Origin: Balanoglossus misakiensis
Taxonomy: Eukaryota > Animalia > Hemichordata
Reading direction: 5' to 3'
Assembly: GCA_040954595.2 (NCBI GenBank)
Contig: CM082581.2
Coordinates: forward strand, 8,907,878-8,971,877
Length of the DNA stretch: 64,000 nucleotides
A model generated the notes under the pieces. The model searched no databases, was not told the origin of the DNA, and was given only the letters and a program-made list of their open reading frames with translations. Numbering within the stretch: the stretch's first letter is position 1; every line of letters begins with the position of its first letter. The translations under genes were made by a program, and so were the position numbers. Positions 29,401 through 44,000 of this stretch are shown in pieces.

Positions 29401-32400
29401 TACTTTCAGATAAGGTGGCATATTTCATCCCCACTAGAAATGCTCCTTGAATTGTAATTACATCTCTTATCTGATGGCTGGAAGCAGACGGCCACTCGGA
29501 TAATTTGAATCACTGCCCCTGAAGTCATCCCGAGTAAATACCAATCATGGAATCCATCTAGTTTACTCAGTAAATTGCCATTCTGGTGACCACGGATTGA
29601 CACAAAAGGAGAAAATAAATGATTCTGTGTTTTCTTGGTAATCTGGCTTCGGGGAATGTGCAAGTTTACAATTATCGTCTTTTGTGATTTAATTTTTGAT
29701 ATCAGTCAAAGTGCTGGCACTGTCAATTTTCAATACATTTGTCTTGTGAACCAAGTAAGGATAAACATCTATCTTGACTGTCAGCCAGGCTATTTTTAGA
29801 AGCAGGTGATAAAAATCATATGAAAAGGGCAGCAACGTATTAATGGGATGCCTATACTGTCCGGTATTCCTTTGTAGTGCCGTTCAGGATGAAGAATGAT
29901 CCTGCCACTTTCCAGAGACTTATGGATAACAAAGATTACTGTATGGTACATACGACAAGTTCGAGGTAGTAGCCACCTAAGAAAGTTGATTTTTCAAAGT
30001 GCTGGCTTCTACATGCATGTATATACCGGTACACCTAACTATCATGAAACCTGTACAAATATCATCTTTTTGCAAACCATATCCTGTTACTTAATGTGCA
30101 CAAGTTTGTATGGATTACATGAACTGAACATAAACAAACCCATTTCTTAGCCATAATTTATAATACTGACCAAACTAACAAAGGCAATGTAACTTTAATT
30201 GTCTGTTTTTTACTATGAATATTTCATAATAATGACCATGCTAACGTATTGGCAATGTGGCTTTAATTGTTCCCACTTCTGCCAAACCTAATAATAGATC
30301 AATCGAAGCTTTTACTTATTGTACTGCACAGTATTAAAAGTATGATAACATGTTCTTCATGTTATGCTGGGTACAATAGTCCCTGCAACAGCTGATTGTC
30401 ATAAAAGACTATTTAGATGGGAAAGGCTGGATAGGGATATTTACAAGGTTAAAGAACTGCAATTAGGTCAGGCTAAATGTACATAAATGGAGCCTCATAA
30501 ATGACATGTTCCCCACGGACTGTCATATATTGTAAGAGAACCAACTTACAGCGGGGAACATTCTCACATAGAGAACAATTTACATGTACATGTTTGCATC
30601 CGACGTGTGTTAAATACCTTCCAGGCGTGTCCAGCAGAGACATGAATCTAGACAATAAAATGTAAACGCTAAAATAAATGTTTTTTTAAAATCTTCTGCC
30701 TGGTATTTCGACCTAGGAGGTAACAGCTTTGTTGTTTGTGCTCTCCTGACATCCATGCTGGAGTTTTATCCTTGGAAATTGTTCGAACCAGCGGGTATAT
30801 CCTACATACTTCAAAATACGGTCACTGCAAACCAGTGAGTGAGAAGGATGGCAATTGCTACGTGCATGACAAGCCAACACTAAGTATCGCAATCATCTCA
30901 CAAAAAAACACTTTGGGCAAACACTGTAGAACTTATAAAATACACTATTCAGTGATTGCTTTCTCAGTTATATGCGTCTCTTATTCACGTCGTAGCGCTT
31001 AATGTACCAGAAATCTCATTAGAGTTCCAAAATAAATTTGAGTACTTCCAATGTTTAATTCAACATCTTTGGCCCATCTGGCTTAGGTTTTCCCTCAACT
31101 GTATCTATTGTCAGCCCTTTAACATTTATATTTCAAAATTCTGTTATATGAAAATAGATCATACTATTAAGAACTGAACTATGTTAACACTACATGTATG
31201 TCTGAAAAGCTGATTTAATTGGAGAATACTTACTTGCTGTTAGATGACTGAGGACATTGGCTTTCTCAGTTCCTCTGTACAGTGAGTTTTCAATTTCCAT
31301 CTCATGTCTACTCATAACTTTCACGGAAGAGAAACTCTCTGGTTCCGTGGCAGCCAAGTCTTCCTCCCTGGATTTGATTTTGTCTTCGATTTCACTCAGT
31401 TTTGTTTGAAGAGCCACTGGATCCATGCCAAGTTTACTCCTCTTGGGTGGCTAGAGAAAAAAGCACAAACAAAATCATATCAGTTACAGTGATAATAGTC
31501 AGAGAATAATTGCTTGAAGAATTAGCAATCTTGTTTTGTGAAAATGATCAACTACTGTGTTCAACCTCATGTTGCGGCGATTGATGTTTTGTCCTTATGA
31601 TTGTGTGTGGACTTAGAATGATTGAAATACCTGACTTGCAGTCAATCATACAAACAAAATATCAGTTATAAAATGGAGTAAACTTTTCTTATCATGGTTT
31701 TAAAATAGAGCTGTCCCTCTTAAATAAGCAATTTGATTTTGTTTTAAAGTGGAATTGTATATTAGAGACTAAAAAAACAATTTGAATAGTGGGTTACACG
31801 AACACCTATTAATGGTATATAATCTAATCCAATAGGTTACACCATTTATTCATTTGACATGCAACTATTTGCAGACTAGTCTTACATATAATTTGTAAAC
31901 TTGGATATAACCAACTCTGTGAAACTGCACCAGATAAGTTCAGCCATTTTATGAATTAAAACAGAAAATTACAATTGCTCCAACGGAAGACATCACGTGT
32001 TGGAGACCACTTTACTGGACAAAAAAACAGTCTCACACTCAGTCACTGAGTCAGCAGACTAGTACGTCATGAATTAATCATTATCTTTGCGGAAAAATCT
32101 ATTTACAGAAAACCTAAAATTGGCTCGGACATATTTTATTAATGTTGATGACCATATTGTGTGTTGGACATGATGAGTTTTGCTGTGTTTAATTAAATGA
32201 GTCTAGTAATCACAGCTGTCAATCACTGATAATAGAACAGGCAGTGGAATGATTACATGTATACTTTTTGAAGAAATTACACACGCATATGTATGTAAAC
32301 ACAAGGTCATTATATTTTGATCAGATGGTCTGGCCCTGAATACAGACCCGTCATGTTGTACATATTGAATGTGAGACATGCTAGCTAGTATGTGACAAGA

Positions 32401-35005
32401 ATTTTCAAAATTCATGATATTGACAACTGGTTAATGATGTTCCATCTGACTGGGCCAAAACACAGTTTCACTGACCCTGTTCACTGGTATTTTACCACTG
32501 ACTTGCACATAAACTGAAACTCACTACAGAAGATAAAGCAATGGTGAAGAAAATGTAACAAAAACATCTGTGCCAAATCTATGACGATAATCGCAAACCT
32601 CAAATAACCCTTTCCGTGTCATAGTAGGACAATGTGAAGTCTTCAAACTGTTGGTCAAAATCTTAGGAAATTAACTTCTGTGTTACATCAATTATACATT
32701 GTAGGAGTAGCCTGCAGTCTAATGACCTAGTCATGGAAGATTTATCCGGATTTTCAGATTGGATGTCTGGTAACAAGGGAATTTCAGGAAAATGTTTGAA
32801 TTCAACTGCCTCATTAAAAAGGCAGAACATCTGCCTCATTACTCCGGGAAAATATCTTTCCTACAATTACTCTCCCAAAAGCTTTTCAGTGTAGAAAAAA
32901 ACAAGTCCAGCGTGGTGTAATGTTTGGCTATCAATGTTGCAATCAGAATGGAAATGTCTTTCAACTGACCTTCCGGGCAGGTTTACCACTTCCTTTTTTT
33001 TACCCTGTAGTTAGAAGCTAGTAAATGCAACTCGAGTGTCATACACTAAACCACTATAGAAATCAGTTCACAATGATTTGGATGACCGAAGAGTCAAATA
33101 TTGGGCTGAACGTCATATTTTGCACTCGACATAACAATTTCATACTGTTCTTGCCCTACTGCAAATAATTATCCTGCAATAAAGAGCATATAATTATTTT
33201 CACGGAAACACATCTCATCTTCAGAAATGTTCACAGAAATGCCTCAAACTGTTGTGTGATAGTATTCACAAATATGAACCATTTTACCTTGACCATTTTG
33301 TGATGCATACTGTAAAAACTGTAATTTCTATTCCCCCCAAAAAGTTATAGACATCCAACAATTAATGGAAACAGGTTAAAGATATTGCTCATTCAGGCAA
33401 ACTGGTTAGGGGCCTTTACATTGCACAGATTTAGGAATGTATTATTGAAAGCTAAATACTTCATGTATTTGGATACAGATTGTTTTGTGCTGTTGGGTTC
33501 TATACAAGTAAAGGAGTGTCAGAAACAGCAAAAAACCCAGAAACTGAAATCAGAACAAACTTTCTAAAGATGACCACATGAGGGCCCTGTCCATGCATAC
33601 ATGTACAACAGTAAAATAGTTTTTTTAGATCCAGTTGCATCTCTTGTTGACTGCAAATTGCATCATTTGCTGGAAGTGAAAAAACCCATCATCGTCAACA
33701 CATTTCTTTCGATATTGAATGAAGTGAATGTGTGTGTCTGGCGTAATCAGCATGTATAGACATGAAGCCCGAAACCAAAATAGTCTGGCTACTTGTAAGT
33801 GATGCAAAGAGTTGCAGGATAAGTAATTATGGGAATGCAAGATACGAAAACCCATGGCAAGACTGCAAGCATACCACTTACTTTATGAGTTATCTATTCT
33901 TGGCTCTATAATGCTTTTCAAACAGACAGCACAACATATCACAAATCATGCTGTTTCAAAAACTACTGGAAAAGTAATTTGCTTGTGACAACAGACAAAA
34001 TGAAATTCTATATGTTTTTTTTTTTTTTTTTTTCTGGGGACATAATGCTCCAGCATTAACAAAAATGGACCAACACATATATTAGCTTGAATGTTAGCAA
34101 ATAAGAAGAAGGTTGATACACAGAACTGAATATTATGGTCATGTGTCACATACACTAACCACAAGTTGAAATGCTAGCCCTATGTTACCAAAGAAGACTA
34201 TTATCAGCCTTTAATAGGCTGATAATAAATCAAGGGAAATATAAAATGACCAAAAAGCACAAGTACTGCAGTTGGAAGAAAAATACTGAGTAACACATAA
34301 TACCACATCCACACTCAAGATTCCCCCCAGAATTTTATACTGTAGCTCTCACTAGTCTCAGAGCAATGGCTTGTTCAAATGTCAAAGAATTCATGAGACT
34401 TAAGATTTACCTGAATACAAATGTATCCCTTTCAACATGCCCTGTATATTTCACTGGGGATACATAAACTAGCAGATGTTCCTGATAGGTCGGATGTGAT
34501 GGTGCCTACAGAACAGCCTATGATACGGGCAAGAGATAGATGTCCCACATGTACAGGGGCAGAAAATGTACATGAGTTAATAATTTGTGCAATGCTGATT
34601 GAGAGCCATCCGTAGGGAAAAATACCAGGGGTATTAAAGCTGATACAAATGATAAAAATGCAATATTAACAGCTGGGAAATTAGAGTTATACATCTAGGG
34701 CAAGTTATTCAGGCTTGCTGTATACAATGTTATACCCGGACCTCATGTGGGGGACGACCCCTCAGGCAATAGGAGTGTGCATATTTCATGGAACCAAATT
34801 GATAATATGTTGTGTGCCCTTTGAAGATGACATAAGATTTGTCTTTCTACTGTCATTGGTTTTTGAAAGTTTGACTTATTCCAATGTAATGAGAAATACA
34901 CTTGGTGACCTGTATTGTAATACAGAATGATATATACATGTATTAAATAATTTTCCGTCAAAACCACCACCAATAACAACAACAACGACGAAGATGATGA
35001 TGATA

Positions 35006-35042
<37 letters not shown>

Positions 35043-38000
35043 CTATATATGGAATTAGTTACTTTGCTCTTTTGTGTTTAAAAGCTGACTTGCCTTTTAA
35101 ACAGCCTCTTGCGATGTCTACATGTATTTCAAGTTTTCAATTTCATTTTATTCCACCAGAAACTGAACTGTCACATCTATTTTATGAATTATTTTCAAAA
35201 AAATGAGACGTCACATTTTTTTTTCCGCCAGTACAACTAGATGGTGTTGACAGGACTGATTTACCATCAAGTGATAAGAGAGCGATTTATTTGTCATGGT
35301 TACCCATTCACTGAAGCTCTGATTTGTCAGGGCTGTATGCTTTGTGCCTTTGACATACATTTACACTGACAAAGGTGGCTTGAACAGAATTACCAGTGCA
35401 GAGATAGTGAATCAAATCTCCGAATGCCACCTCTTTCACAAGAATATTTCATGTTTCCAAAGTTGAATTGGCTAAGTCAAGTCGATCTTCTCAAATCTTG
35501 AGACCAGCTTTCAAATCTGCACAAAAACAAGCCAGTGTTAACGGGATTCATTTTAGCAGATGAAGTGATCAAAGTTTATAATGGGATTGAAAACGCTGAT
35601 TATCAAGCTTGTCAGCATTGCATCATTGTGAGATGTGAGGATTGAAAGGGCAGCAACAACACTTGCTGAATCCCAAGCTGTCAATTAACTCAGCTGTGTA
35701 CTCAGTGCAATCCAAGAAGAGCAAGCTAAAATTCTGATAAGTCTTAAAGGACATTATGAAAAGAAGAGGGATCCTTTTACTTCTCAGGCTGCTTTGAAAA
35801 GCAGAAGTTCACAATACAGTACGTTAGTTGACAGATGGATAATTATTTTTTCTCTCTATTTAGTTGCATCCATGATGGTAAAATCCATATTAAATCGAAA
35901 CTTATCTTTAATCCAAATAAATATTTGCAGTGCTTGTCATTCTTAACAGATTATCAACCCTTTTTGTAAATAGATGACTTTCTGATGGAGTTAATAAGAA
36001 AATTTGTATCAATGACTTTAATGATTGATGCTAACATCACTATTAGTTTTTTTGTGAAGGTTAATAGATTTTTGATTACAAGAGAATTATTCATTATTTT
36101 TATGCAGAGCTACATGCACCATAGCAATTCACAGAGAAGCAATCCATACACAACTTTTGAACCCATACGCACTCAGAAAAATCCCCAACTCCGCAAAGGA
36201 TAGTTCATGCCCTGTTCACACTACCAAAGTTCTATAAAAAGGATTAAATTAACAGTCACACATGTATGAAGACATACACACAGTACCACCTTAAAGAATA
36301 TCTGAACCGTCATGAGTTTGGCATAGTTTCAAGTAACATACATTTCAGGACACAGTTTGTAAAAGCAAAAGGAGCCAGTTCTTGTGAATGCTGTATTTCA
36401 GAACTGTGGTTATAGTGAGACATGACGTTAGGTGCATGTTTTAGACATGGTGGTCTACTGATGAGAGATACACACAATGCAAAAACGCAGATGCATGCAG
36501 CTAGCTTAGAAGTTCAAACACTTGACACAGCCTGGAGTTAATTACTGCGAATGCATGCCACTTCTGTGTTTTGTCTAGGGGTGTCCCTTAAAGCCAGTCT
36601 GCAGTATTATGTGAAGTAGCCAGATGTAGCCATCACTGCAGGCACAGTGCGCAGCTTTTTTGTCTGAAGTAATACAATCCAGAAGTTTCAGTTCATCAGC
36701 ACAAGATTAAGAAAAGAGAGCGGAATTTTCCTCTGAGATATGTAGATCTCCTGTATTTTCTTAAAGGGTAAAGCACTCTAACGGGTGAATGCCTCCATGC
36801 TGATCAGCAGCAGTATACTACTGGCAAGTTTCTGTGTTTTACTTCGAGAGCAACTGCCCCAAGGAAATAAATTTTAGACATGCCATGCACTTAGAGGAAT
36901 CAATGAAGGCATATAATTTTCGGGCTCAGCATCAGAAATGTATAATAGTATTAGTTTTTTTGCAGTGTAACCAACAGCCAGCACCAACAGAACATTTTGC
37001 CTTCTCTGTCCACTTGATGATAGTAGTAATTGAGGGAACTGAAATCACCAAATCATATTTTGAAAATCATTATTTCTAGAAAGTTTTATTGTGTCCATCA
37101 ATACCCAATTTTGGCAAAGCAGGAGAAAACCACAAAAACTGACAAGATGAACTTTTTGGAGGGCCCATAAAACGTTTTTGCATTAGCCTCTTCCTCTGTT
37201 TCTTGAATGGTTTACTTGATGAACTTTGTGTTTTATGTAACTAAGGTATGTTCTCACCCTATCTAGGGTGAAAAAACAGCAGGGAATTTGCCCCAGGAAT
37301 TCAACCTGGGACCTCTGCCAATCACATGCCTCAAATATCATTTGAATGTTCTGAGCTGTAAGGGACATATCCTCAAACATGACATAGTCTGACAGTGTGA
37401 ACACACAACAAAATTCTTGTCGAGTCCCCAGCATACATTTACGAGTACTTCGAGGTTAGTGGTAAATAGCATTCACTTTAGATGTAAAAGTCCTTGCACC
37501 TGAATGCTTTGGCCTCCAAAATGGGCGCCATTTCCCGCTAACCTCATATTCATACTTTATAACTACCATAAAGAGATGACAAAAACATATTTCTCGCGTT
37601 CACCCATATTTGTCGGAGGGCACTCTGCTGTGAAATTGTGAAATTACGTGGGTGTTTTTTTTCCACAGCAACTGCAGTAACAGCTGCACTTTAAATCACC
37701 GGTTTCATGAACGGTAGACAGGGCGATTGGACAGTCTCTGTTGACAATTGTTGGAAGTTACCAGTGTGGCATGAAATGATGTCAGTCACATTAAGTTTTA
37801 ATGTAATCCTCCGTTGCTTGGGTGGAACCCCCCTCCCCTCCCAAATTGCTGATGCCATCCGGCATGAAGCACTGATATTATTGTACATTAGATGACTGTC
37901 AACCACACAAACCAGTTCTCTCTCTATCTCCCAATCTCCATCTGTACGTTTCAATGAAGATCTGACAAAATATGGTGCTACTGGAAATGTTTGCTAACCT

Positions 38001-41000
38001 GAAGTGTATCAAGTGATTTTTTTCTACTAAAATCCACGATAGAGCATTTATTAGCATTCACTTTCCATTCCTGACTGGAAACTACTTGTGGTGAGGGATA
38101 AGTATAATAAATTGGATATCAGTCCCTTCCAAGAAATTGCTAAAGTGTACGTGTTACAAGTGGTCATTGTACTAACAGTTGCTCTCACTGATCTCCTTAA
38201 TTTGATGGCAAATTGCTCATTAACCCTATGCCCATGTGATCATGTACAGATTAAGTTGAGCTTGTTTCACCCCAATTTGTAGGATTAGTTTCTATGCAGT
38301 TTTTTGTTATACAGTAACCTGAATGTTTTCATTCTTGGAAAAAACATTTCTGATTACATGTTGTTAGGAACATCCTGTCTGGCAAGGGACAGAAATCAGG
38401 AAATATTCGACAGAAAAAGTCAATTAGGGACCATGGCAAAAGATGGCATTCACAATCGTACCCAAAACATACATCACTGCCAGATTAACACAAACATAAT
38501 GAAATGTTAACTCAAATAATATTGGAGTTAACATTGCTTAATTTTTGTGGCACGAACTGACCAAATTTAATGATTTTTTTGACAACACATGATAAACAGA
38601 ATTATTGGTAATCATTAAAAATCTAACACCAGGCCGACAGGACAGATGTCACAGAATTATTTGTGTACATCAAAAGTGTTTCATGTTACACTCATAACAA
38701 TACAAACATCATGAGTAACCAGACATTTGCGGTGTGTAGTTAATATCATCCATTTAAATCAAACGAAACGTATAATTGGGGATCGTAATTAAGAGAAGTA
38801 CCATGAAGAAAAATGTCACTGTAAAATTCCTTCACCACATGGCAAGCATATAATCTTCTGTTACCATGAACAGGATCTGAAGTTTTTCTGTCAGTGTAGA
38901 ATTCCAGTGTGATCCCTAAGTACAGTTAATATGGTACACTGCAACATTTACTCCCACTTATAGTTCAATGGTTTTTGGTTTCCATGAAGACAAATTGAAT
39001 TTTAATCTTCGTTTGATGTAAGCAGAAAGCCCGAGTCTGTCATTGGTAGTAACCTACTGTGTCATTTTTATGTGTGTTAATGTATGCATTTCCATGTCAC
39101 AGGTATATCCATTCACTCCTATCCAGGCTTCCTTAAATTTTCCTAATTCTTTTCAAGTTTTTAACTTTCACATAGAATGATCAGTGTCATTCTACGCTCG
39201 ATTTATTTCAGTAATGGTGGCTAATCGTGCCCTAAAGAGGTGCAGAGGCAATACTGTATTGCTGCCCACACAGTCTCAGACAGTTTCAGAGAAGATTTTC
39301 TTTACCAAAAATGGCAAAAATACAAATATGCAAATTTCACCACAATTTGAACGAACTTCGCTTAGATAACCCCTAGAAACCTGCACACCAAATGTTAACG
39401 CAATCAGACCAGTGATTTCAAAGAAGAAAAGTGTTGACAAACTGCGTACAGTGGACAATCATCTGATAAGCTCTGCCTCGCTGACAGTGGAGCTAAAAAA
39501 TAGGCAAAGGTTATTGTACAGCTATTAAATTCAAGCTTTCACGAATACAATATGTGGTCTACAGTCAGTAATGACACACACAACCACCTGACATGAGACA
39601 AGTCTCAGCTTCTCAAATTCAAACAGCAAACAATGAAGGAAGGCAGTATACAACTCATTCGTGATAGTCTCTAACTGGAGTTAGAGCACTCTGGGCTCCA
39701 TTAGGAACTGAATTCTGACGTCAAAATACATTCACCGGAACTTCTACATCGAAGTGAAGATTTTAATATGACGTAATTCTAAAGACAAACTGAATTAGGC
39801 AACCTCAATCAAATTATAAGTTCAATAACTGACACAAGAGACACAAATTGCACAGTACAATCAAGTGAATATCGATTAAAAGTCTCTTTAGTTTGTGAAA
39901 ATCTGGCTTTGAATCGATAAAATGTGCATGCGATCAAAACTGTAGAAAGCATTCACTTTCACACAGGAATTTAATTTCAACTGCGAAACTGTAAAGCAGC
40001 TTTTTGTGTAATTCAAACTTTGAACTGTGGATTTAACAGAATAGGCCAGATTCATTCACCTCATTGCCTTGGCATCAGCATATCAGAAATTTACAGCCTG
40101 ACTACAGATAATTATTGTAATTTCTGTACGTCAGCGTTCTTGTGAGAGAACTTTGCAAAGGTTTGTATAGATTTTGTGTCTGAATTAACTATAAGTGATA
40201 TTACATGTATATTGATTTATTCAAAATATAGATTTCATCAGTTGATTACTACACTGTCACAGAAGTTTACAATAATCTGTTAAAAGCATAGTCTTTCTTT
40301 TGCCAGAATATGGGCATTTTTCAAGTGTACATTATAAAGAAGATGAACATTTTCTGACAGCAAGAAAATCAAGTTGAAGCTGTAAGTAGCAGCCGGATAC
40401 ATGATGAAAGGCTATTGGCAGCAATAGTATGTTCTGCATTCTAAATATGTCATTACTTTGGTTTCATGTATTTCAGGGAACATTTTTTTGGGGTGAAACA
40501 GGTGGAGATTATTATCAGTATCTGTAGTGGCTTCAATTAAAGTAAAATCTCTTATCCTACGCCCTAACTACACCATCCACTTTAATTTGCGTAATAGCTC
40601 AGATTGCACACTCTGGCGTCTTTTGCCTTATTCATTACTATGAATCTGCACATCAATAGATAGCACAATGAATGTTCTGAGACATGTCTGTAATTTGACG
40701 GCTAGCACTTTTAGGCGCCCAAGTGAAATGTCCTGAAGCCAGAAGATTTCAAAACATAAATGCAGTACAGAGCTTAAAAATCGAAACATTTAACTCGAAC
40801 TTGGTGAGAGTGGTTCATTTGAGTGCAAATGACAAGGCAATAAAAATAAGTGTAGCAAAAGAATGCAGCCAATCCCTATATCTGATACTAATCAGATTGG
40901 CACCTGCCATTAATTAAACATTATACTATAGGTCTATGTTCAAGTGTTTTGCATGCTGTATCTAGAAAACCAATTTAGGGACTACAACAAAAAGCGTGGA

Positions 41001-44000
41001 AAAAGAACATGTATATAATTCTGGTTCCTTAGGCCAGTAGCACTCAATATTTAAATGCACACTGTATGTGCAAATTGGATGACTTCGAGTGTGGTGTATT
41101 CCATCCAGGGTGTGTTCAATTATATATGTTCCTTGAGAGGCAACCATGAGGGGTCACCTGAGACAAGACAGATATATTACAGATCGTCACAGCCATGACA
41201 CTTATGGATCATTTCAATTGGATCACAGACAAAGCAGGTGAATTGTGTTAACAGGTGTACATGCCTGCAACTCATAGATGAAAAATTAACAGGTTGGAAT
41301 TACAAAATTTATAACTTGTAGAAAAGTCCATAAAGGTGCAATAATAATAACAGACAGTAATAAATGAATTTGCTTTATTACTACTCCAAGCACATGTATG
41401 TGTGCGGTTAAAAAAAACTGTTTACAAGAGAAAGCAGCAAAATTCAATTTTGATAAAGTTTCACTGAAGTAGAACCATGGAGCTATAACCACAGAGCATT
41501 ACGGCGCCTTGCATCCAAATCTGTGCCACTAGCGTTAAGTATTCCCAAAGCAGTCATTTGTAATTGTGTCCACGCCCGCAAGGCTTTTTTTAATGCCAGA
41601 GTGATTTCATTAATCACAGGATGTAGGAATCAAAGCAGGCGCTTATCTGTGAGTCGTGATTTACATTTTAAAATTCGCATATTTTTAGCGATCCCTCGAA
41701 GACGTTACACCCACTTGTCAGGCATACCAAACATTGTTTTACAAAAGTCTGATCAGTACAAACCGTTGGCACCTGTCACTTTTGCAAACAATCGTGCTGT
41801 TCAGGCTTTTAGTTGTAGCTATAAATTCACATCACTTTTATCACCGCTATATATAATCCAGCAAACAGGTGTAAGGAATTCCCAATACCTGTGTTTCCTA
41901 TGCGAATACATTCTACTGATACATTTGGGTGTTAGCTGGCTCCTCAGAAGTAAAGCACAGTACATTCAGTGTTGCAATTCAGCTGTGGCACTGCACTATT
42001 TGCGCAATTTGGTTGAATCTATTCCCTGCCAGTCAAACAGTGAAAAGAGAGACAAGCCCCCTTTGCATGAATGCCATTTCAAATTTCCTCCAACTCCGAA
42101 ATCCACTTAAAAGTGCAGCCAGAGAATCCCCCTTTACTTCGGCATCTGAAAACAATGCATGCTTTCTACGGATTTGTTTTTTACAGTATGAGTATGGAAA
42201 CCGGACAATGAAGATAACCATGTGATAACCATATATAGTTTATACTGATAAAGATAAAATTTGAAAGCTTGGGATAGATGGACTTTGAAGACTACTCCAT
42301 AAAAACACTGAAGGCATCAGGTCCCACTTTGTTGTACATAACAGAGTTGGACTTTATCAGTGGACCTTAAGGTTATGAGTTGGAACACACAAACTAATCA
42401 TGTCGGAAAGATAATTTGGTCTTCGGGAATAGATACCTTTAAAAGTGAGGATTAACATCTTACAAGAAATTCTTTAGGGTACAGGAATCTAATGAAACTA
42501 ATGCAAAACTGGGGCTATATATGAAACTGTTGCGATTCTGGCAGCTATATTCTGGATATGTTGAATATTTCATCGTGAAATCAGAGTCAGGAAAATCTCT
42601 GAGACTCTTTGCTTGACCTTGTAACTAACAGACTTAAGATATCACTGATCCAAATCTCCTGTATCCCTTGGCCTGAAAGGTTATTGGAAAATGCAGAGAA
42701 AGTTACAAATGAGGTGGTAGAATAGAATAGAATCTGCAGAGTGGCGCCAATCATTAGTTTGTTTGGAGTTTTCCACATATCAAATCAACAGTCAGAGCTG
42801 GTAAGGTAGACATTGAGCAAGCATTCAGAAATGCTCAGTTCAATTTGTAACTCTAGTACCCTTAGCTCTATCAAATTCACATAAAACTGTGTAAATTCCT
42901 TCTTTGTCTTTAATGGCAACCTGAATTACACTTTAAACTGTGATTGTGAAAAAGGATTAGTATCTGTAGCGAAATCAGCATGACGGATGAAAACAAATTA
43001 GTTCTGCATCTCAACCGACTGATAGGTGATCCGTGACAGAGCTGCTAATAAGGTTTCAATCAATGGGACAGTGGCTGTATCAACTGATAATTTGGCCAGT
43101 TTTTTTTCTTTCTTTCTCGAACACAATTACTTGTTCTACTTCTTATAGGCGTGCTGGAACGCCTAGAATTCAGTCAGATAGCACTGTCTATGTATTGATT
43201 TTTCTGTGTATAACAAAATACGTACAGATTCTGTTACTAACGGTAACAATACTGCCTGTTCATAAACAAGCCAGGTGCTGGGTATTTTAATTTTCGGCAT
43301 TACACTCTACAGCATACATGTATATCCTATCCTCCCCACCTCCGAAGCTTGTAACTGACAACTATTAAGCGTATGGGTATTTTGTGTGAATAAAAGATAA
43401 TACTTTGACATGTCAGCTGAACTGAGCCGTATTTGTTTCATTTCACTGCATCGTTGGATTTAATTGAAACATGCATTTTTAAGCATCTGCAGTGGTCGGT
43501 CTCAAATATTTGAACATCCATAATTTAGTGAGATCATTTGCAGTCATTTTGTGCGATACTATCAAATATCGCCCACATTTTTATAACTGACAATCAACAC
43601 TGTCTCCACATATCGGACAAACTGAAATTAACATCATCCACCTTCAAGATATTCATGTCGCAGGATTACATACACCATGATGGATACATTACAGGACTGA
43701 TCATGGCATCAGATTTGCACACTAGTACAAAATAATCCCCATCAGCTGTAGCTTATAAACTAGGAAGTAGAAGGTTAAAGTTTACAAGGGACTTAAAGGA
43801 CTGAACAACCTCTAATTTACATATGCCCAAATACGGTTCTAAAGCAAACTTTTTCACATGGCCACACAAGTGAAAATACATGTGATTGGCCAGATAGATA
43901 TCCATGGTAACTATGGGTAAATATACCTTTTGGAGATAAAAGTGTGTAGGATGTGATCGTGTGTTTCTTTAGGGTAAATGACCAGACAGTGTCAGCAAAG

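Noticed and set aside
37278-37332. tRNA T-arm-like stretch on the minus strand (ggtcccaggttgaattcctgg)
   Set aside because: No full cloverleaf or A-box could be built. At most a decayed SINE head.
41523-42110. 195-aa ORF, the longest ORF in the track
   Set aside because: Non-ATG start, no recognisable domain or splice context, and composition typical of random non-coding sequence.
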